A DNA stretch of 64,000 nt from Candidatus Bathyarchaeia archaeon (lineage in GTDB: Archaea; Thermoproteota; Bathyarchaeia; Bathyarchaeales; Bathycorpusculaceae): NCBI GenBank assembly GCA_038882955.1, contig JAVZNC010000001.1, positions 96,001 through 160,000 on the forward strand, read 5' to 3'. Made by a program: the position numbers and the translations under genes. The notes below the pieces were generated by a model. That model saw only the letters and a list, made by a program, of their open reading frames with translations. It was not told the origin of the DNA and searched no databases. Shown in pieces: positions 55,944 to 64,000 of the stretch. Every line of letters starts with the position of its first letter. The first letter of the stretch is position 1.

Positions 55944-56450
55944 ATGGTTAAGATTCACGAGAGAAAATTCGTCACAGCAGACCCAGACAAGTGTGTAGGA
56001 TGCCAAGTATGTGAATACGTCTGCTCTTTTACGAAGGAGAAGTCTTTCAACCCTTTAAAGTCGAGAATACGCGTTGTGCGGTTGAACCCGCTTGTAAACA
56101 TTTCAATCTCATGTAGGCTATGCGAAGACCCGCCATGCGTTGCCGCTTGCCCGAGAGACGCCCTTTCGCAGTCTGAAGAAAACGGCATAATAATAGTTGA
56201 CGAGGACAAATGCAATGGATGCGGATGGTGCATTGAGGCATGCGATTACGGCGCGATAATGATACACCCAGAAAAGAAGACGGTGTTTGTCTGCGACCTC
56301 TGCAAGGACAAAGGCGAACCACAATGCGTTAAATGGTGCCCAGAAGAAGCCTTAGACCTAGTAACAAGCGACGTCCTAGCGCAGAAGGCAAGGATTGCAG
56401 CTACAAAGAAGCTTTTCCAAGAAGCAATGAAAGTAACCGCTGGAACCTAA
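55944..56450 (+). CDS. 4Fe-4S dicluster (DmsB/HycB-like) electron-transfer subunit of AOR
   Basis: Four Cys motifs (CVGCQVC, CRLC...C, CNGCGWC, CDLC...CP). Confidence 0.9.
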   Translation: MVKIHERKFVTADPDKCVGCQVCEYVCSFTKEKSFNPLKSRIRVVRLNPLVNISISCRLCEDPPCVAACPRDALSQSEENGIIIVDEDKCNGCGWCIEACDYGAIMIHPEKKTVFVCDLCKDKGEPQCVKWCPEEALDLVTSDVLAQKARIAATKKLFQEAMKVTAGT

Positions 56451-56497
56451 CCGCCATCTCCATTTTTCTTTATTCGCGTTCACGTTCAAACCGTCGA

Positions 56498-56998
56498 TTA
56501 TGGGAGGACCTCCAAAAGCAGATTAACAATTTTTGTGGCTGAAGCTGCAACCTCTCTTGTTAAGCCTTCGCTGAACTCTGCACTTTTCGGTTGTATGAGC
56601 AGCAAGGCAATTTTCGCCTCCAAAGTTTTGGATAGGTACTCACAAAACAAGCGCAGCGGAAGCATGTGCGTTGAAAACGCTGAAGAAAACGCCAAATCCT
56701 CTGGATAAACAAGCCTTGCCTCTCCTGGCTTCAGCCCCAGAACTGCAGCGTCAATTAGTAAGACATGTGTTGGGTTGAAATCTATTATCTGTTGTATGAA
56801 ACTTTCTGGGACGGTTTCGCATTCAATCAGAAAAACCTTCGCGGAGACTTTTCCGCGGAGGTCTTGGACAATCTTGACTCCGACAAAGTCGTCCATTCTT
56901 ATTGGGTTTCCGATTCCGGCGATAACAACTTTTTTTGCGTTAGAAAGCCAGTTCTTTAAATCTTTTTTTAGCTTTTGATTAACCAAAAAATTCGCCAT
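56498..56998 (-). CDS. hycI: Hydrogenase maturation protease (HycI-like)
   Basis: GIGNPIRMDDFVG; ETVPE; LIDAA; STHMLPL. Confidence 0.9.
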   Translation of the reverse strand: MANFLVNQKLKKDLKNWLSNAKKVVIAGIGNPIRMDDFVGVKIVQDLRGKVSAKVFLIECETVPESFIQQIIDFNPTHVLLIDAAVLGLKPGEARLVYPEDLAFSSAFSTHMLPLRLFCEYLSKTLEAKIALLLIQPKSAEFSEGLTREVAASATKIVNLLLEVLP

Positions 56999-57017
56999 AA
57001 ATAAAGTGGGGGGATGT

Positions 57018-58472
57018 TTATCTTTGCAATGTTTTTATTAGTTTCTTTTCGTTGTTGAAGATTTCTATTGTTAGCGGCATCTGTCCAAAAGCGAAGTGGG
57101 TGGCACATCCAAAGCACGGGTCATACGCCCTAAAAGCCATTTCAACCATATTCAAAATGCCATGGTCAACTTTGTCGCCGTGTATCAAGCCTTTAGCGGC
57201 ATTCCGAACAGACATGTTTATTGATGGACTGTTGTTGACCGTCGCAACTATTAGGTTAACGTCTCTTATCAGTGCATTTTCATCCAAAACGTAATGGTGA
57301 ATAAGCGTTCCCCTAGCTGCTTCAACAACGCCCACGCCTTCTCCCGGCGCGCCTGGCTTGTTGCGCACATCCTTGCTCGTTATTTCTGGGTCTCTGCTTA
57401 GTTCAAAAGCTCTTTCAGCAGCATAGAGTAGTTCTATTAGCCTAGCCCAGTGATAGGCAAGCGTTGAGTGAACTGGTTTTCCGCCAAGCGTCTTATACAT
57501 AAACTCGTACTCTTCCTGCGCCAGTGGCGTTGCCATCCCGTCTGCAGCGTTAAGTCTTCCAAGCGGTCCAACACGATATGCTCCGCTTTCTGGACCGTCA
57601 ACAAAGCCTTTCCATCCAATTTTCTTTAGGTATGGGAATTTCACGTAAGTCCACTCTTCAACGTGTTCTGCAATGTGGTCAAGGTAGTTTTTGGCTTCGA
57701 ACTTCACGAATTCTTTGCCGTTGGGGTCTACAACGCGGATTTTGCCGTCGTAAAAGTTCACTTTGTTGTTTTCGTCAACTAAGCCCATATAGTAAGTTCG
57801 AAGAGTGTAAGCGTCGCTCTTAATCAAGTCGACGTATTTGCTGTTTCCAAGAACAATGTCATGGAAAAGTTTCAGCGAAAACTTGGCGAAGTTCACGGCT
57901 GAAGAAGCCATCTTCTCAATTTCGCTCCGCTCTTCTTCGCTTAATGGTTTGGAGATTCCGCCTGGAATTCCGCAGACTGGATGTGTGGCTTTTCCGCCGA
58001 TTATTTCGGTTATCCTCTGCCCATAGGCTCTGTGCTTTATGACTTCTTTGCCGATTTCGAGTCCAGCCTTTTCGATGACGCCTATGACGTTTCTTTTTTC
58101 TGGTGGGGCGTCTGGTCCTACGACGAAGTCTGGTCCGCCCAAATAATAGAAGTGTAGTGTATGGTCGTAAATGTAGTAGCCGCAGTACATTAGTTCGCGG
58201 AGTTTTTTGGCTGCTGATGGCGGTTCAACGTTGAACGCTGCGTCCAAAGCTTTTGTTCCAGCCATGTGATGCGCAACTGGGCAAACGCCGCAAATCCTAC
58301 TCGTCAAAAGCGGCATGTCCTCAGCCTTTCTTCCAACACAAAACTTTTCAAAACCCCTGAGTTCTGGAATCTGTAGGTAGGCGTTTTCCACTTCGCCCGC
58401 ATCGTTTAGAAATATGGCTATTTTTCCGTGTCCCTCAAGCCTCGTTATCGGGTCAATAACAACCTTCCTCAT
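57018..58472 (-). CDS. mvhA: Group 3c [NiFe]-hydrogenase large subunit
   Basis: DPITRLEGHGK; RICGVC; EAARGTL.HHY; RAYDPCFGCATH with a cleavable C-tail. Confidence 0.95.
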   Translation of the reverse strand: MRKVVIDPITRLEGHGKIAIFLNDAGEVENAYLQIPELRGFEKFCVGRKAEDMPLLTSRICGVCPVAHHMAGTKALDAAFNVEPPSAAKKLRELMYCGYYIYDHTLHFYYLGGPDFVVGPDAPPEKRNVIGVIEKAGLEIGKEVIKHRAYGQRITEIIGGKATHPVCGIPGGISKPLSEEERSEIEKMASSAVNFAKFSLKLFHDIVLGNSKYVDLIKSDAYTLRTYYMGLVDENNKVNFYDGKIRVVDPNGKEFVKFEAKNYLDHIAEHVEEWTYVKFPYLKKIGWKGFVDGPESGAYRVGPLGRLNAADGMATPLAQEEYEFMYKTLGGKPVHSTLAYHWARLIELLYAAERAFELSRDPEITSKDVRNKPGAPGEGVGVVEAARGTLIHHYVLDENALIRDVNLIVATVNNSPSINMSVRNAAKGLIHGDKVDHGILNMVEMAFRAYDPCFGCATHFAFGQMPLTIEIFNNEKKLIKTLQR

Positions 58473-59452
58473 TTTTGCATAATCCTCCTACGCAAAATTG
58501 AAGCTGGCAAAGCGTACATGTAAAAAGTGCCAATCGGATCCTTTATTTGGCTAACCAGTTTCTCCACTTCCTCTTCCGTGTATTTTTCCTTCTCCTCTTC
58601 CAAGCCAAGTATAGATGCAAGCGCACTTATCATGGCTGCTCCTTGTTCTGGCGAGTTCGGACACGGTCCACCGCATCCCGTGCACGGCATGTCTGCCTTT
58701 AAGCATCTTGCTCCGCATCCGCCTCTTGTGGCGGGTCCCATGCAGATTATTCCCTGTTCCAGTAGGCATTTTTCTGGTTCTGGAGCCTTCTCGTAAACGC
58801 GGTATACACGCGATATCTTCTTGTTCTCCTTCTTTCTTGGACATTCATCGCAAACAGACTTTAGCGGCGCAAGCACAGAGCCTTTCGGCGGCAATTCGCC
58901 TTTGGCTATGACTTCCAAAGCGTATAAAGTGCGTTCAACCGCTGGTGGACAGCCAGGAACATAATAATCCACATCCACGGTCTGGTCAAGCGTTCTAACA
59001 GTGTCATAGAACTCTGGAATGTCTAATTCGCCCTCCTTAACCGCAACTTTCGGCTTTGGCACAGTCTTGTTTGGGTTTGCAGTTGAAAATGTCTCAGCAT
59101 AAACCTTCTCGAAAATTTCTTCGCGGTTAGTCAAGTTCGCAAGTCCTGGAACCCCGCCGAGGTGCGCACAGGCGCCATAGGCAACGAGTATTTTTGATTT
59201 TTGCCTCAAAAGTTTAGCCATGTGCTCCTGCTCGCTGTTGCGGATCCCACCATTAAAGAAACACACGTCAATATACTTGTCAGGCATCGCCTCAACATCT
59301 TTGTATTTTATGTCTATGGCCACTGGCCAAAAGACGATATCGGCTATTTGCAGTACATCCAGTATTTTTTCGTTTATGTCGAGAACGGCGATTTCGCAGC
59401 CACCACAACTCGCAGCCCAATAAAACGCAAATTTCAGCTTATTCTTACTCAT
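58469..59452 (-). CDS. mvhG: [NiFe]-hydrogenase small subunit
   Basis: ASCGGC; GACA..GG; PGCPP; CDEC; CLLEQG.IC.GPATR.GC; CTGCGGP. Confidence 0.93.
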   Translation of the reverse strand: MSKNKLKFAFYWAASCGGCEIAVLDINEKILDVLQIADIVFWPVAIDIKYKDVEAMPDKYIDVCFFNGGIRNSEQEHMAKLLRQKSKILVAYGACAHLGGVPGLANLTNREEIFEKVYAETFSTANPNKTVPKPKVAVKEGELDIPEFYDTVRTLDQTVDVDYYVPGCPPAVERTLYALEVIAKGELPPKGSVLAPLKSVCDECPRKKENKKISRVYRVYEKAPEPEKCLLEQGIICMGPATRGGCGARCLKADMPCTGCGGPCPNSPEQGAAMISALASILGLEEEKEKYTEEEVEKLVSQIKDPIGTFYMYALPASILRRRIMQK

Positions 59453-59453
59453 T

Positions 59454-60341
59454 TTATGCACCTTCCAACGCTGTTTTCAATATTTTTGAGGCATCAACCC
59501 TAAGCTCGTTGAAGGCAAGCTCTTCTGGTGGTATTCCCATCGCCAAGCCGAGCAACTGCGTATAATGCAGTATAGGTATGCCGTAGGTTTCGTTGAACAT
59601 TTTTTCTATGCGCAACTCGTTAGTGTCATACATTATGTGGCAGAATGGACATATCGTGATCATGGCTTGGGCGCCAACCATCTTTATGTGATTAAGCTTG
59701 TCCCGTGCAAGCTGAAGTGCAATCTTGTCGTTCACGCCCACGCTTGGAGCACCACAACACTCTGTCTCGTCGAGATAGTCTAGGCATGTGGCGCCAGTAG
59801 CCTCCACAAGCCTCTTAAGCGTCTGCGGGTCTTCTGGGTCGTCAAATCCAATGTATTCTTTCGGTCTCAAAATGTGGCAGCCGTTATGTTCTGCAACCCT
59901 AAGCGCCGTTAAAGGCTTTACAATCGCATTCTTTATCCGTTCCAAGCCAACATCCTCGATGAGCACCTGCATCAAGTGCTTTGCGTCTATTGTTCCTTTA
60001 AACTCTAAACCAGTTTCTTTCAAGTGTTTGTTTATTTCTTCGCGCAGTACCTTGTCTTCCTTCAACATCTTATTAACTTTCTTAAGCGTGCCAGCACAGC
60101 CAGGACAAAGTGTTAAAATGTTTAGTCCCTCACGCTCTGCCAGAGCGAGGTTTCTCGCCGCCAAAATGAGCATCATTTCGTGGCTTACTGGGTCCATTGG
60201 CAAGCCGCAGCAGTTGAATTCTGGCATCTCAACGAGTTCTACGCCTAATTTTTGAAGCACTTTCCGCGCTGAGATTTCGTAGGCTGAAACCCTGTAGGGT
60301 ATTGCGCATCCGAGGAAGATTAGGAATTTATTTTGTGGCAC
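59454..60341 (-). CDS. hdrB: Heterodisulfide reductase subunit B
   Basis: FLGC; CCG...CPGC; GCH..RP; CCG...CPFC. GTG start with GGTGA RBS. Confidence 0.93.
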   Translation of the reverse strand: MPQNKFLIFLGCAIPYRVSAYEISARKVLQKLGVELVEMPEFNCCGLPMDPVSHEMMLILAARNLALAEREGLNILTLCPGCAGTLKKVNKMLKEDKVLREEINKHLKETGLEFKGTIDAKHLMQVLIEDVGLERIKNAIVKPLTALRVAEHNGCHILRPKEYIGFDDPEDPQTLKRLVEATGATCLDYLDETECCGAPSVGVNDKIALQLARDKLNHIKMVGAQAMITICPFCHIMYDTNELRIEKMFNETYGIPILHYTQLLGLAMGIPPEELAFNELRVDASKILKTALEGA

Positions 60342-60861
60342 TTTTCTCACCTTCAACAAACTTTAGGAAGCCTACGCCGTGGAGACTCTTTCTAATGCTT
60401 TCGGGGTTTCCACGCGGCAAGGGCGGCAAACCCAGACTTTCCCTCTTCTTTATTCGCAGGTCTGGGATTTTGTAGGCGTATCCAGACTCTAGGATGCTTG
60501 ACGCTTGCTCCTTGAAAACTTGCGGTATATAGCCTCTTTCAGCTGCCAAATTACGGAGCACGCGTATGACGCTTGCAACTTCAACGTCTTGTGGACATCT
60601 GTCCGTGCACGTAAAACACGAGGCGCAAAGCCACAACGTGTCGCTACTCAAAACTCTTTCACGTAAACCAAGCTGCGTCATGCGTATAATCTGCCTAGGT
60701 CTATAAGTGTCGCTGAACTTTGCTATGGGACAGTCGGAAGTGCATGTGCCGCACTGGAAGCAGAGCATGAGTTTTTCTCCGCCTGGCAGCTTCGCAATTT
60801 CATATTTAAATTTGGGGTCAATTTCAGAAGCCTTTATGGGTTCTTTTTCTGCTTGCGACAT
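60328..60861 (-). CDS. hdrC: Heterodisulfide reductase subunit C
   Basis: CFQCGTCTSDCP; WLCASCFTCTDRCPQ. Confidence 0.93.
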   Translation of the reverse strand: MSQAEKEPIKASEIDPKFKYEIAKLPGGEKLMLCFQCGTCTSDCPIAKFSDTYRPRQIIRMTQLGLRERVLSSDTLWLCASCFTCTDRCPQDVEVASVIRVLRNLAAERGYIPQVFKEQASSILESGYAYKIPDLRIKKRESLGLPPLPRGNPESIRKSLHGVGFLKFVEGEKSATK

Positions 60862-61298
60862 TAAGTTTTAACCTCCATTTTCTTTAGGGGGCTTGGACCA
60901 AGCTTTTTTATTTCTTCAACCATTTCGCGTACTATGGCTGCGAAACGGTCTCCTTCGCTTGCGGAAACCCATTCCAGCCGCAGACGTTCTGGTTCGATTC
61001 CAAATTCTTTCAGAATTTTCCTTAATAATGTTACCCTTCTCAAAGCCTTAAAGTTTCCACTAATATAGTGGCAATCTGATGGCAGGTGGCATCCAGCCAC
61101 TAGCACGCCGTCGGCTCCGTTTTTGAATGCTTCCAAGATGAAGATTGGGTCGATTCTGCCGCTGCACATGACGCGTACAATCCTAATGTTTGGCGGATAT
61201 TGGATTCGGCTTACGCCTGCTAGGTCTGCGCCTGCGTAGCTGCACCAGTTGCATAGGAAACCGATTATTTTTGGTTCAAAATTCTCTTTTTCTGTCAT
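60861..61298 (-). CDS. mvhD: Methyl-viologen-reducing hydrogenase delta subunit
   Basis: [12 protein letters not shown]; RVMCSGR; GCH...CHY..GN; WVSASEG. Confidence 0.95.
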   Translation of the reverse strand: MTEKENFEPKIIGFLCNWCSYAGADLAGVSRIQYPPNIRIVRVMCSGRIDPIFILEAFKNGADGVLVAGCHLPSDCHYISGNFKALRRVTLLRKILKEFGIEPERLRLEWVSASEGDRFAAIVREMVEEIKKLGPSPLKKMEVKT

Positions 61299-64000
61299 GT
61301 TGCCGCCTCCACCAATGCGGCTCTAACTTGGGCAAGTATTTCTTCTGTTGTGAAGTGCCCCATGATGATGGCTTTTGTTGGACATGCTGTTCCGCAAGCG
61401 CCGCAGCCCTTGCATAAAGCTTCAATTACGTGTGCCGTAAGTTTGCCGTCTTTCTCTTTCATCTCTATTGCCCCATATGGGCATAGATATTCACAAATCC
61501 TACATCCGCTACATAAATCTTCGTTCACGTTTGCCACAATTCCCTCCATCTCAAGCGTGGATTTCGAAAGTATCGTTGCGGCTCTCGCGGCTGCAGCACA
61601 GGCTTGCGCTATGCTTTCGTCAATGTATTTTGGTGAGTGCGCCATCCCGCATAGGAACACGCCTTCAGTTGCGAAGTCAACTGGTCTAAGTTTCATGTGT
61701 GCTTCTAGGAAGAAGCCGTCCTTTGTTAGTGGGACTTTGAGCATTTCTGCCACGCGTTTGTTGTCTGGGTTTGGAATTGTTGCCGCGCTTAAAACGACAA
61801 GATCTGGTTCGATTTCGATTTCTTCTTTTAGCACTGGCTCCCAGAACCGCACTTTAAGTTTAGCGCCTTCATTAACGACTTGTGGTTTCCTTTCATCCTC
61901 ATAGTTTATGAAGAGCACGCCTTTTGTTGCGGCTTCGCGGTAATAATCCTCCTTAAAGCCGTAAGCCCTAACATCCTTGTATAACACGTAAACTTCTGTT
62001 TGTGGGCTTAACTCCTTAATTTTTAGGGCGTTCTTTATTGCTTGTCCGCAGCATATCCTCGCGCAGTTTGGTCTCTCTTCGTTTCTTGCTCCAACGCATT
62101 GCACCATGACCACGGTTTTTGCTTTGAAGTTGCCTTTTGCAAGTTTTTCTTCAAGCTCCCTTTGGGTAAGCACCCTCGGGTCTGTGCCGTAAAGATATTC
62201 TCTGGGTTTGTATTCTGTTGCTCCAGTAGCCACAATTATTATGCCATTTTCAACTTCCACTTCTCCGCCGTTGTGCCGCTTTATCTTAGTTTTGAAGTTG
62301 CCGACGAATCCTTCTATGTTGACAACTTCAGAGTTCAAGTGAACGTGTATTTTGCTGTTCGCCATGACCTCGTTTACTAGGGCTTTCAGCTTTTCTTGCG
62401 GGTCTTCATCGCCTTCAAGCAGATAGTGTATGTGGCGCAGATGCCCGCCGAGTTCTTTCTCTCTTTCCACTAGGTGAACCTCAAAGCCTTGCTTTGCGAG
62501 TTCTAGGGCTGCGGTCATGCCAGAAACTCCACCGCCTATGACCAAACCTACTGGAGTAACGGTTATTTGCGGTTTCTTTAACGGTTGTAGAAGCCTTGCT
62601 TTCGCGACAACTGAGCGCACAAGGTCTTTTGCTTTTTCTGTTGCTGCTTTCGGTTCGTGCATGTGCACCCAACTGCATTGATCACGTATGTTTGCCATCT
62701 CGAAAAGGTATGGGTTTAATCCCGCCTCTTGAACCGTTTCTCTGAACAGCGGCTCGTGAGTGCGTGGAGTGCAAGAGGCTACGACAACACGGTTTAGCTT
62801 GTATTGTTGGATTTTTTCTCTGATTAGTTTCTGCGTGTCTTGCGAGCACGTATAGAGGTTTGCTTCTGCGTAAACCACGTTTGGCAATTTTTTAGCGTAC
62901 TCAACAACTTCTGGAACGTTTACGACGCCGCCTATGTTGATTCCACAGTGGCAGACGAAAACGCCTATTCGCGGTTCTTCTTGGCTTATGTCCCTTTCCT
63001 GCGGGTACTCCTTAACCGTTACAAGTTTGCCCCTTTCGTTTGCGATTATGCTCATGGCTTTTGCCGCTGCACCGCTTGCTTGGGCAACGCTTTCTGGAAT
63101 ATCTTTTGGCGCGCTGAATGCGCCGCAGACGAAAACGCCAGATCTTGAAGTTTCTAACGGCGTGAAAGTGTTTGTTTTGCAGAACTTGTACTTGTTAAGT
63201 TCTATTCCAAGCGCTTCTGCAAGTTTTTCAACACTTTTTGGCGGTTGCATGCCGATGGAGAGCACAACCATGTCAAATTCTTCTGTTTTCGGCGTTTCAT
63301 TCTCAACATAATGCACGATGAGGTTTCCAGTCAGAGGGTCTTCGGACACGCCTGCAACCCTTGACCTTACAAATCTTATTCCCCACTCTTCTTTGGCGCG
63401 GTTGTAGTAGGCGTCAAACTCTTTTCCGTAAGCGCGCAAATCCATAAAGAATATTGTGGCGTCAAGCTTTGTTGGCGTATGCTCCTTGGCTATGACAGCT
63501 TCTTTCATTCCGTACATGCAACACGCTGCGGAGCAATAGTTGTTTCCAAGCTGGGCATCACGAGAACCAACACACTGGATGAAGGCTATTTTCTTTGGGA
63601 TTTCGCCGTCAGAAGGTCTCAAAACGACGCCGCCGTAGGGTCCAGAAGCACTTAGTATGCGCTCAAACTCTATGCTTGTCACAACATTCGCGTAGCGCCC
63701 ATAGCCGTACTCGCTTTTCAGCCGAGCATCGAATGTTTCGAAACCTGGTGCAAGTATTATTGCACCTACTTTTAGCACTGCTTCGCTGTCTTGTTGGTCG
63801 TAAGCCACAGCTTTTGCTTTGCATATTTCGTAGCATGTTCCGCAGCCGATGCACTTTTCGCGGTCAATCTTGTACTTGAGTGGAACCGCTTGCGGATAGT
63901 CAACGTAGATTGCGCTTCTGTTGCTTAAGCCTTCGTTGTAAATGTCTATGGCTTCAATTGGACATTTTTGTGCGCATAAGCCGCAGCCGTTGCATTTATC
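61295..64000 (-). CDS. hdrA: Heterodisulfide reductase subunit A, long form with duplicated core (partial; start lies beyond the right edge)
   Basis: Frame stays open to 64000 ([14 protein letters not shown]...YPQAVP...CIGCGTC). Two QCVG(S/A)R...C...CC motifs; VFVCHCG.NI; GGGVSG; C-terminal 2x[4Fe-4S]. Confidence 0.94.
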   Translation of the reverse strand, partial: DKCNGCGLCAQKCPIEAIDIYNEGLSNRSAIYVDYPQAVPLKYKIDREKCIGCGTCYEICKAKAVAYDQQDSEAVLKVGAIILAPGFETFDARLKSEYGYGRYANVVTSIEFERILSASGPYGGVVLRPSDGEIPKKIAFIQCVGSRDAQLGNNYCSAACCMYGMKEAVIAKEHTPTKLDATIFFMDLRAYGKEFDAYYNRAKEEWGIRFVRSRVAGVSEDPLTGNLIVHYVENETPKTEEFDMVVLSIGMQPPKSVEKLAEALGIELNKYKFCKTNTFTPLETSRSGVFVCGAFSAPKDIPESVAQASGAAAKAMSIIANERGKLVTVKEYPQERDISQEEPRIGVFVCHCGINIGGVVNVPEVVEYAKKLPNVVYAEANLYTCSQDTQKLIREKIQQYKLNRVVVASCTPRTHEPLFRETVQEAGLNPYLFEMANIRDQCSWVHMHEPKAATEKAKDLVRSVVAKARLLQPLKKPQITVTPVGLVIGGGVSGMTAALELAKQGFEVHLVEREKELGGHLRHIHYLLEGDEDPQEKLKALVNEVMANSKIHVHLNSEVVNIEGFVGNFKTKIKRHNGGEVEVENGIIIVATGATEYKPREYLYGTDPRVLTQRELEEKLAKGNFKAKTVVMVQCVGARNEERPNCARICCGQAIKNALKIKELSPQTEVYVLYKDVRAYGFKEDYYREAATKGVLFINYEDERKPQVVNEGAKLKVRFWEPVLKEEIEIEPDLVVLSAATIPNPDNKRVAEMLKVPLTKDGFFLEAHMKLRPVDFATEGVFLCGMAHSPKYIDESIAQACAAAARAATILSKSTLEMEGIVANVNEDLCSGCRICEYLCPYGAIEMKEKDGKLTAHVIEALCKGCGACGTACPTKAIIMGHFTTEEILAQVRAALVEAAT

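Noticed and set aside
57018-64000. Selenocysteine recoding in MvhA/MvhD/HdrA
   Set aside because: All relevant positions are Cys codons (DPCFGC, CNWC) and there is no in-frame TGA.
50665-64000. Evidence for methanogenesis
   Set aside because: Hdr/Mvh alone is not diagnostic; no mcr or mtr genes are in the window.

Overview
Archaeal chromosomal window. Gene content (G1P dehydrogenase, FttA/aCPSF1-proteasome beta, SmAP-L37e, Mvh/Hdr, SepF, an eL22-like protein) best fits Bathyarchaeia; this is an inference. The left ~23 kb is an accessory cell-surface region encoding what looks like an archaeal cohesin-dockerin assembly with at least 6 cohesin-like and 6 dockerin-like modules. It includes a dockerin-tipped oligopeptide-binding protein divergent from its dppBCDF transporter and a large papain/C39-like Cys protease carrying two dockerins. 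Five of these genes share a 15-bp imperfect palindrome at fixed spacing upstream of the TATA box, and the dockerin-coding DNA is locally homogenised (72 bp identical between two genes). The middle (23.4-49 kb) is mostly housekeeping (DNA ligase, Mre11/Rad50, S10, L37e, Sm, SepF, FttA, PsmB, EgsA, PPIase, Tpt1). It also holds an intergenic C/D-box sRNA whose two guides point to 16S C1402 and 23S C1920, and an eL22-like ribosomal protein. The right end (49-64 kb) is an energy-metabolism cluster: BirA, methylmalonyl-CoA epimerase, soluble Sdh/Frd with a CCG-fused Fe-S subunit (Tfr-like), AOR plus Fe-S partner, and an HdrA-MvhD-HdrC-HdrB-MvhG-MvhA-HycI operon. No tRNA, rRNA, CRISPR array, transposase or integrase was recognised. 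All calls come from reading motifs by eye; no database searches were run.
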